From: Octopus sinensis
Taxonomy: Eukaryota
DNA: 64,000 nucleotides
Direction of reading: 5' to 3'
Assembly: GCF_006345805.1 (NCBI RefSeq)
Contig: NC_043012.1
Span: forward strand, 40,300,001 to 40,364,000
In this document: in pieces, positions 23,754 to 35,203 of the stretch
Numbering within the stretch: the stretch's first letter is position 1
How the letters are laid out: each line of letters opens with the position of its first letter
Notes under the pieces: generated by a model
Database searches by the model: none
What the model was told of the DNA's origin: nothing
The model's input: only the letters and a program-made list of their open reading frames with translations
Program-made: the position numbers and the translations under genes

Positions 23754-26700
23754 GTAAATGTTTTACTTTACATTTTCTGAATAAACAGAAGAATTCTGGA
23801 ATATTCTGTTAGTTCCTGCAACCATAATAAAGTTGTGAAATTTTAATTTATTAATCTATATAACTTAAGTTATTTGACTTAAAAAAAAAAAAAGCTAAAT
23901 TAACTTTACTACTGCTAATACTAATACTGATTATTCTGTCAGATGTAATCCTTATTTATTTACATAATTTTGAATTAATCCTACATAATCTCTCAAAGCT
24001 TTCAGATTTCAATGATGTGACTGTTTAGAATGACATTCTAGAGTAGGTGTGAGAGGGTGGGGAATTTGAGAGAGATCGATAGTGCCAATGTACTGTGAAG
24101 AAAAGACCAGGTGTTGGGGTTGGTGTAGGGCCTGGTGGTGGGATAGGGAGAGAGATGAGGGAGATGGGGCTCATCTGAGTATAGGTAGTACAGGAACAGT
24201 GGCCACCTCTGTGGACCAGAAGGCTGGAGGTTGGTGTGTGTCGGGGAACAACTCTATCACAATCACTCAAGTGGTCATGTTTGGAAGCTATCTAGGATAT
24301 GTATGTTGCAGTAGCATCACCAGGCTGATTGTGGAAACAGTTCTCTGTTGTGGGTTTTATTTGAACCTTGTCAAGAATTGATCATTTGTGGAGCAAAAGG
24401 GAAGAATGGTGGGGTTTTTTTGGTTTTCTGGTTATGAAGAAGACAGAATCTCCGTCTTCTCCTCTGTATTGAAGACAGGAATCATTCGCCAGAAACGGTC
24501 TTCAGTTTTAACATCTACATTTCATCACAATGTATATTGTAGTAAAGATTGTTTGCCAACATAACATGGCAGTCCTGGTTTAGGACTAATGTTACTGTAA
24601 TTTAGCCCCAGGAAACATTGTCTCCAGCTGGCTATAGGACATGATCTGTGTCCTTATATTTTCGAACAGGGGAATCTAGCATCCCCACTCAGCTCAAAAC
24701 AATGTGTGTATCGTGATTTCTGGGTTATTTCTCTTCATAGCCAGCTGGAGACGATGTCTCCTGGGGCTAAATTACAGCAACATTCGTCCTAGACCAGGAC
24801 TGCCATGTTATGTTGGCAAACAATCTTTACTACAAAGTACCGTTGCTGAATATCTCACGTTGTGAGATTTAAAAATAGTAATTTTCTAAGAATGTATATT
24901 GTTATTTAGAATTTAGAGCCAGGAGGTATGATATGATTGTATTTACTTCACCAGTTGATATTGATAAGATTAAGATTGTTTCAGAGCCAACATAATTAAT
25001 TAATTTTAATGTATAAAAACATTTGAGCGAGGTCGTTGCCAGTGCCGCTGGACTGGCCCTTGTGCCAGTGGCACGTAAAATCACCCACTACACTCTCGGA
25101 GTGGTTAGCATTAGGAAGGGCATCCAACTGTAGAAGCATTGCCAGATCAGATTGGAGCCTGGTGCAGCCATCTGGTTCACCAGTCCTCAGTCAAATCGTC
25201 CAACCCATTCTAGCATGGAAAGCGGACATTAAATGATGATGATGAATAAATTATTTTACTTATCTACATTAGTGTGCACATTGCAAATTACATAGTACTG
25301 TTGTACAGTTTACAATGTAATACAAGTATAGAAGGCTAGCTCTTCAGGTCAGCAGAATGTCATGGTTACATCCATTTTCCAACTCCAATATAGACATACA
25401 AAATGTCGTCTTAAACATAGAATGAAAATTGATCCAATAATTATGTGTAATTCATGAAATCCTGTTGCTACAAAGAATGTTGATCCATAAATTCTGTCTG
25501 AAATGGAGAATAATGCTTCTACATATTAGCTTGTAAAATATTCAATAATACTCTGCAGTGGTTGGCATTAGGAAGGGCATCCAACTGTAGAAACCATGCC
25601 AAATCAGACTGGAGCCTGGTGCAGCTCTCCAGCTTGTCAACTCCAGTCAAACCATCCAACCCATGATGACACTAGTGCAGGCATGTAAAATCATTTATTA
25701 TACACTAAATAAATTATTTTCCCATGATGTTGGCTGTGAGACAGTCATAATCTTATGGATATCAGAATGGTGAAATATATTCATCTCAGACCTCCTAACT
25801 TTATATTCTATATACTCCTTGTGAAATAACCTTCAGTGATAGGATTTATTGGTTTTCAACTGCATAAGGCTATACACTCTTATGTTTAGGTTTTAATCTG
25901 TGGTTTCTAGCCTGGTCCACAAAAGGAGCTGTTTTGTGATGGTCACCAGATCATATAAATCCATATATTGTGCGTTAACCCTATCGTTATTGAATTTCTG
26001 TTGAGATGCTCTGTGTTTCTTTCAATTAATTTTAAATATAACAAAGAATTTAGTAAAATATCATTAGTTAGGTACATAAATTGTGATTATGGTTTTGGTG
26101 GAAGATTTTAATTAAAAACTTATGATAACAAGATATTTGTACTCAGAGCCTGAGGTGATTTCAGCCAGGTTGATATCAAAAGGGTTAAATTAATCATTTG
26201 ATAACCCTTTTGTTACCATATTTCTGTTGAGATGCTCTGCGTTTCTTTCAATTACTTTAAATATAACAAAAAATTTAGTAAAATAACTTAGTTACCATTC
26301 AGCTGGTGTTAGGGACATAAATTATGACTAAGGTTTGGTGGAAAATTTTAATTCAAAACTTTTAAAAACAAGACATTTGTACTAACAGAGCCAGAGGCAG
26401 TTTCAGCCAGGTTGGTATCAAAAGGGTTAAATATATTGTTTTTTATTTCCATACCTACACAGGTCATTAATCTTGCATGACATAGGCATCTTACCGTTTA
26501 GTTCTGACTAACTTTTTCTGTTGATTTTGTTAAAAGTGTGTCTAAATTCTGTTTGTTTGTTGTTGTTACAACAGGTGTCTCTTCAGAGACAAGTTACTTC
26601 CACCTGAAACCTACTTTATTGGGTTTGCTCGAAGTAAACTGGAAATGTCAGATATCTTCAAGAAAGTACAGCCATATATGAAGGTAAGACAAGTCTTTGT

Positions 26701-29700
26701 TCTTTCTCAATAAGTTCTGACATGGTTTTTACAGCTGGATGCCCTTCCAAATGCCAACCACCCAGCAGAGTGGACAGAGTGCTTTTTGCATGGCACCAGC
26801 ACTAGCGAGGTCAATTTTGGTGTGGTTTTTAAAGCTGGACGCCCTTCCAAATGCCTACCACTTCTAAAATAAAATGAAATAGTACAACAATTTGTTTTTT
26901 ATACAATTCCTAATAATGTTTAATTATAAAGATGCAATATGATTGGTTTATATACACCGAATACCTTATGGTGATCCAGAGAGTAAAATAGGTATCCGAG
27001 GGGTCCATAGGCAGAAAATGGTTGGGATCCACTGATTTAGATAATGTAGCTTAAACTGTCTGAAAAGATGGGATGTTCATGGCTGGAACACTTTTGATCA
27101 TAAGTTTTCTCGGTTATGAGTGACCTTGGGTTAAATACTATGTTTAACTATTTGTTGTTGTTGTTGTTGTTGTTTGTTACAGGTGAAAAGTGATGAGATG
27201 GAACTGTTGCAGAGTTTCTTCAAGATCAACGAGTACATGTCAGGGAACTACGACAGCCAAGAAGACTTTGAAAAACTAAATGAATTATTAGAAGCGAAGG
27301 GAAAATGCAACCGCATCTTCTACCTTGCACTTCCTCCGAATATTTTTGAACCTGCCACGGCACAAATCAAAGGTGTTTGCATGGCTCATGAGTGAGTGCT
27401 CCATAAAACTTTTTTATCTCATTTTTATAAAAAGTTCTGCAGTGATATTCTGTTACTGTAGCAACAAGCAGGACTGTCATTGACATGCCAGAAAACAACC
27501 ATCTCTTCCTGGCTTAGTGTACCTGGGACTACACCTTTCGAGGGACTATTCCTTTTTATTTTCTAAGAGTGTAGAGTTTTGAATCAGACTTGGTATCTAA
27601 CCCCAGGACAGCCTTTGTACAGCAAACCTATGATCAGAGTCAAGTCAGTCAAAACTTTTATTTTTACCTTTTACACATATAATATATCGTCAGACGGCAT
27701 TATTTTGTATTCATTTCCTTGTTTTTTATGGGATTTGACTGCTGTTTCTGTCACATAGTATTCCCATGCTGGTTTCCCATGTTGCAGTTGGTTGTCAATG
27801 TTGACATCTCATTTTTGTTGACAGTATTGATGCTGTCCGTGTCATTGTGGTTGACACTTTTGGCACTTCACATAGTGTTGTATTATTGTTGACCATTGAC
27901 ACCCTTCATACACTGTCATTATTTTCTGGTTGACAGTGTTGATGTCCATCACAGTCTGGTTGACTATTGATCCCCTTATAGTGTCTTTTTCTATTTGACT
28001 ATGTTGACATCTGTATCATTATGGTTGACACTGTGGACACCTCTTATATGTTATATTTAGTCCTACACAACAAAAGAGTTAAGGCTGCCATGAGGGGGAT
28101 TGGCCTACATGAGTCCTGTGACAGTGTCATGTTAAAAGCATCATGCTTTTAACATGACTTTTAACCATTTTAACCATTGTTAACCATTTTTAACCATTGT
28201 TAGAAATGTTAGCCATTGTTAACATTTTTATTATTAGATTAACATTGTAGGGTAGGTGTGAAAGGCTGAATCTGGCTTTGTTTTGAATTAATCAGGCACT
28301 ATTTCATTGCTTTAAGATTTTGATGATGTGATTTGGTTAACAATGTCAACCGAATCACATGATGAATGGTTAACAATGTTAACCATTGTTAACCATTTTA
28401 ACCAATGGTTAAAATGCTTTTCACCATTTTACAGCTCATGCTGTAAAATGGTTGGTGTTAAGAAGGGCATCCAGCCGTAGAAACCAAGTTCAATCAGACT
28501 GCATCCTGGTGCAGCTCTCCAGTTTACCAGCTTCGGTCAAACCATCCGACCCATGCCAGCATGGACAACAGACGTTAAAGGAGGAGGAGGAGGAGGAGGA
28601 TATGCATGGTACACGTAAATCACCAGATGTGATGTGAAGTGTACTTACAAACGATTTGAGTAACCCCCCCCCCCCACACACACAGAGGTTTTCCTCATTG
28701 TTTACCTCCCCCCACCTGTTTCTCTTTGTAGGTCCAGATTCACAAGGATTATAATTGAAAAACCATTTGGCCGAGATTTAGATTCCTACACTGCCCTCAG
28801 CGAACATATTTCTTCAATGTTTCCAGAAGAACAGATCTACAGAATTGACCATTATTTGGGCAAGGAAATGGTACAGAATCTCATGATCTTCAGGTAAATA
28901 TTCACCACCACCGTCACCACCACCACCACCACCATCATCATCATCATTATTATTATTATTAAGGCAGCGAGCTGGCAGAATTGGTAGTGCACTGGAAGAA
29001 ATGCTTAGTGGTAGCCCATCGCTATGTTCTGAGTTCAAATTCCACTGAGTTCGACTTTGCCTTTCATCCTTTCGGGGTCGATTAAATAAGTACCAGTTAC
29101 ACACTGGGGTCGATGTAATTGCTTTAATCCCCTCCCCCAAGCTGCCCTTGTGGCAAAAATTTTAAATCATCATTATTATTATTATTATTGTTATAATTAA
29201 GTTAACGAGCTGGCAGAGTCGTTACCATGTCCGGCAGAACGCTTATCAGCATCTCATCTGGTTTTATGTTCCAAGTTCACATTCTGCCAAGGTTGGCTTT
29301 GCCATTCATCCTTTCGGGAGCAATAAAATAAGTAACAGTTAAACACTGGGGTCAACTTAATTAACTTGGCCCCTTCCCTCAAAATTGCTAGCCTTGTCCT
29401 TATAGCAGAAAAAAAAAAATTATTGTCATTATTGTAATTGAAACCGTATTGTTGTTATTGTTTGGTTTTATTTAGATTTGGCAATTTGATCTTTAATCCG
29501 ATCTGGAACAACAGCCACGTTTCCAGTGTGGTGATCAGCTTCAAAGAACCAATAGGGACGCAAGGCAGGGGCGGATATTTTGACCAGTCGGGAATCATCA
29601 GGTTGGTATGCACGTGCGCGCGTGCGTGTGTGTGTGTGCATATATACACATACACACATATATTCACACACGCATATACATGCACACACACATATACATG

Positions 29701-32700
29701 CACACACATATATGCACACATGTACACACACATGCACACACACATATACACAGACGTATATACACACATGTATACACACATATACACACACATATATACA
29801 CACATACATACACATATACATACAAACACACATATACACATATACACATGTGCACACACACACACATGCAAACACATACATGTGAAGGCACATGGCCTAG
29901 TGGTTAAGGTGTTGCACTCACGATAGCAAGATCGTAGTTTCAATTCCTAGACCAGGCGGTGCATTGTCTTCTTGAGCAAAACACTTCACCTCACATTGCT
30001 CTGCAAATATTTCGACACCTGACGCACGGTACACAGTGACACCTGTTCAGGTAACATCGATTTGATGGAGAGGGAGTGGGCTAGTGTGCAGCACAAACAT
30101 TTGATCTCCATAAACCAATCGTTTGTGCAGGTCATTCGGCAAAAAGCTGAACGCTCAGACGTCATCTTCAACGAGGGAGTCCATCACACACACATACACA
30201 CACACACTGTATATATATATGTGGGACCATGGGCAAGTTTCTTTTATAGCTGTGTGTGCATGTGCGTATCTTGTGTTCTGGAAGGGTCATCATGCCAATA
30301 ATGACACACACACACACACTGGTTCAATATCACTTCTTTGTCAGTCAATTAATTAAATACCTAACCAACTAATCAGTTGTTTGTTTGTTCTTTTGTTGCT
30401 ATTCACAGCCCCTTCAATGACATGCCCTCTCTCTTCGGGGCCTTCTTTGTGTCTGTCTTATGCCAGTGTCTATGTAGGTGTGTGTTTGATTATGAGGGAA
30501 GGGCAAGAGTGAATGAAGTGTTTCTGTGTGTGTGTCTGTTCACATGCGTGCATGTGTGTGTGTGTGTGGTTGTGTGTTTACACCTGTGTAATTGCCTGTA
30601 TGTTTGTTTGAATGTGTGTGCATTATCCACTGGTAACCTCTTTAAGAGTTTGACCTTTTGTTCGAGGTCAGTTCAATCTCAGATCTAAGGAGATTTGCTT
30701 GTCATCTCATAAAGATGAGTAACAATAAAGAAGTAATATTGAGCCACTGCATGTGTCATTATTATCGATATATTGACCCTCCCAAGACAAGATTTGCTTC
30801 AACACATAAATTCTCATCAAGAATCTGACAATTGAAATACAAAAATGAAGTGTGTGTGTGTGTGGTGTATCATCATCATCGTATAGTGTCTGCTCTCTGT
30901 GCTGGCATGAGTTAGACAGGTTGACTGGAACTGGTAAACCAGAGAGCTGCACCAAATTCCAGTCAGTTTTGGCCTGGTTTCTATGGCTGGATCCTCTTCC
31001 TAATGCCAACCACTCCAAGAGTGTAATGGGCACTTTTTACATGCCACCGGCATGGTTGTTTCTATGTGCCACTGGAACAGGTGCCAGTTATGTGTCACCA
31101 GTATTTGGCCACAACTACAATTTCACTTGGCTTGACGAGTTTTTTCAAGCACAGCTATCGCCAAAGGTCTCAAACACTTGCCATTGCCTATAAAGGGCCT
31201 CCATATTTGTGAGCCAAATTCCTCTCCAGCAGTAACTCTCATTTGTTAATCTATCCTCATTCATTAGTCTTTAATAATGGTAAATCTAAAGAAGGAATCT
31301 GTTGCTATTTCAGAGATGTGATGCAGAACCATTTACTTCAATTACTGTCAATCGTTGCTATGGATCAACCATCCAGTACCAGCGCTGAAGACATCAGAAA
31401 TGAGAAGGTGTGTATCTGTATTTGTCCTTCACTTTGCTATAAGGTTGTTGTTGGTGTTGTCTGTGTTTTGTCATGACTGGTGTTATTTAGGCCCAGGTCA
31501 GGTCAGAGTTATCCAGCTGTGACCATCCTGTTTTTTCCTAGATCCAGGAATACACTGAACAATTTGTAAGAAGTTAGGGTTTGACTCAAGAGAAACTGAG
31601 TTGCTGTTTTTAGCAAATTATGTGACCACGTATAGACTTTCTCTTTGGCGCCAATTATTGGGTTGCTCCATAATTATTGCAGCTGTTTTCAACAAATTTT
31701 ATTCAACAAAAACAATAACAATATTTAACAAAAACATCTTTTAATGACGGTCTGACCATCTGCCAAGCAAACTGGAAGCAGTAATCGAAGTAGATGGGGA
31801 ATATGCTCCGGAATAATCATTTAAAGATGTTTTTGTTACATGTTATTGTTTTTGTTGAATAAAATTTGTTGAAAAAAAGCCGCAATAATTGTACACCAAC
31901 CCAGTATCATCAAGGTGGTGGTGGTGGTGGTGATGTTACCTTTTGTGCTCTTTGTGTTTCTCTGATAGACTAAGGACCTCTCCCTAATCCATTTCCACTG
32001 AAGTCGTCCAGTAAAAGCAAGGGTATATATTATGAGATCTTCCTTGTGAGTCATGAGTTTTTTTTTTTTGCTTTTAATATAATTATCCTCTCACTCCAAC
32101 TGGGGTAACCACGTATCTCTTCTACTACAAGACACCTGTTTCTGCCCCTCTGTTGTACCCCAAACTCTCATCACCAGGTACAAATACTACACTCCACTCA
32201 GTTGAGAGGCAGATATGAGAGGGGTGTCTTTATCTTGCAAGTTCTTGGTGATCTTGCTGATGCCACAAAAAGCCCCCAGTATACTCCGTAAAATTGTTGG
32301 GGGTTAGGAGGGACATCCAGCCATAGGCACTATGCCAAAGCAAACAGTAGAACTAGGTGCAATCTTTTGACTTGCCAGTTCCTCTCAATCTGTCCAACCC
32401 ATGCCAGCATGGAAAACATGTTAAATGAGGATAAACAGTATTACATAATATTAATTCATGCTGTCATATTTTTCTTTTTTGTGGAGTTGTTGACCATTTA
32501 AATATCCAATTCTTCAGTTTTCTGACCCAGCCTTGTCATATCCTGTCATCACTATATATATTTAATGATGTCATCATCATTATCGTCCTTTAACATTCAT
32601 CTTCTATGCTGTCATGGGTTGGACGGTTTTGTCAGGAGCTGGCAAGCTAGATAGCTGCACCAGGCTCCAGTGGCATGGGTGCCCTTCTTAATGCCAACCA

Positions 32701-35162
32701 CTTTACAGTGTGTACTGGGCCCTTTTACGTGGCACCAGCACAAGTGCTTTTTATGTTGCACCAACACCAGTGGGGTCGCCAAGCACCATATTTTAACATT
32801 TATAAGGAACCCTCTAAATTTTCGGACTTAAAATTTGGAAAAAAAGGTTTTGTAAGGGATTACAATACTGTCCATGTATAAGGAACTCCCATATTTTTTT
32901 CACCTAATTTTTGAAAAAAAAGGATTCCTTATACACAAATATGGTAATTTGCAAGACAAAGCCCTCTTAGTTGAGAGAGGGAGTGGAGCCGAGGGAAGTG
33001 GCTGTGTGCCTGGCAAGAGGTTAAAATATGATAGAGAGACAGAGATAGTTGTCTTATTAGAGAACAGACACAGTTTAGCATTTCATCAATTACTCTGTCA
33101 CATTTGACTTCTACATTCTCGTTACAGGTGAAGGTATTGAAATGTATTGAACCTCCCGAGATGAAGAATGTTGTTCTTGGTCAGTATGTTGGTGACCCTG
33201 ATACTGAAGGTGACAGTGCTAAGGGTTACCTTGACGACCCCACTGTGCCTGATGGTAAGTCCTTTTTCTATAGTGTTGTAGAATGCAATCACTTTAGTTT
33301 AACCTAATCTTTTAAACAATCTGTGATTGATGTTCTAAGTTTATTTTTGAGGTTTTTTTCTTATTGCACTACCGGTCATCCATAGTTGGTTGTCAGTGAG
33401 TTTTGTTACATTACTGCTCATTTGTACCACTTTTAATGCCCTTATGCAGATAAGATTGATGTAAAGTGAATGATAATAAGGTGCTCCTTTGGCGTGTGAT
33501 CTACAAGGGAGATTATTTTGAGATACGTTTTAGTTTACTTTTCAATTTCTAAAAGCCTATAAGACGTTGCCGATAGATTTTTACCATGTGATCAGCGACG
33601 AGATGAAGGCAGTTGCAAACGTGCCACTTGGCCATGTGATCGACAATTTAAGGGGAGATTACTTTAGGTTTCTTTTTAGTTTACTGTGTGTTGGTGTTAC
33701 TTTCTGTATGATCTACGTGAGCAAATTTACTCTGGTGGGTGACCTACGTGCTTATTTTAATTATTATGCGGTTTTCTTATTAAGATGGTAAGAATTTTGA
33801 AAAAAACACATTTACAATGCTAAGTATTACAAAATAATTTAAAAAGTAACCCAAAGTAATCTCCCTTGCAGATCACACGCCAAAGTAGCACCAATGATAG
33901 GTAAGAACTCTCCTGGTAATAGAGGTGACAAGCGTATAACTAGGAATATAGCTATTCAGAGTTGCTATTTCCTATGACTGTGCATTGAATACTACCTAGG
34001 TGGACCTTTACACTATCTAAAGAATCGAATAGAATTTTTAAAGGAAATTATGCATTTCATGAGTCTCAGAAATAAGTAAGGGAGACAATAATTTTCTTGT
34101 AAAGAAAGAATTATTATTCCTGAAAGAGTTGTTTCCCTTAAACGCGTGACCTGTTTCAATGATTTATTTTTCCAAAACCTGTTTTCTACAGGAATTCATT
34201 TTCCTCTGCTTTCCGACTGTTACGTTTTACCCTCAGTTAAAAATTTCCATGTTTTAAGGAAAAAATAAATGTGGTGTGATGTTTACAATTCTTTGTTCTG
34301 AGTTCAAATTGTGTTGAGAACAACTTTGTTTTTATCCTTCTGGGGTCGAGAAATAGTACAGGATTGATGTAACCGTGTGTAACCCTTGGCCCTCAAAATG
34401 TGTGGCCTATCTTAGAAATTATTTTGCGTGTTTTATTTAACCCCGCTCCCTTCAGGTTTATTTATTTATTTATTGATAATTCAAAGGGGAGCCTTTGTCT
34501 CCCCTTCATTCCCAACGTATTCACTATCTGGTAGAATCAGTGAAAATTTCAAAGAGGTACAAAATAATTGTTAGAATTTGCATTAAATCGGTGAAAAGGA
34601 ATATATTTTACAAAATAAAAATAAAAAACAAAAAAAAACCAAGTGCTTCAAATGGTCGGACACCACAAGGTCCAACGGAACCTGCTGAAGCAAGCCAAGC
34701 GCCCTCACGAGCATCATCTGACACCTCAGTAAGGCAAGCTGCTTATGGTGACAAGGACTTTGCCATTAGCGGCCCAGTCACTCTGGATTTATATTTTCGG
34801 GTTGTGGTTGTTGTGTTTGTTTGTTGTTGATTTTTTGTTGCTTCTGGTATTAATCTCGTGTTTTGGAGACTCCGTGGGTTCTGTTGGGTGGTGCTTGTGT
34901 GCCATATCCTATGTGTCTAAGACTACTGGAATCAATTTGTTAGACTAAACACTTCAAGGCGGTGCAGCAGTTTAACCCTTTCATCACCGTATTTATTTTG
35001 AGAAGTTCTGTGTTTCTCTCAATTAATTTCAAATGTAACAAAGAATTTAGTAAAATAACTTAGTTATCATTAAAACCATTATTATTATTATAATATTATT
35101 ATTATTATTATATTATTATTATTATTATTAATATTATTATTATTATTATTATTTTATTATTA

Positions 35163-35203
<41 letters not shown>

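Noticed and set aside
34495-34930. GC-richer segment with a 111-aa ORF in a G6PD intron
   Set aside because: No recognisable domain, splice pair, TIR or ribozyme core; probably an unclassified repeat fragment.
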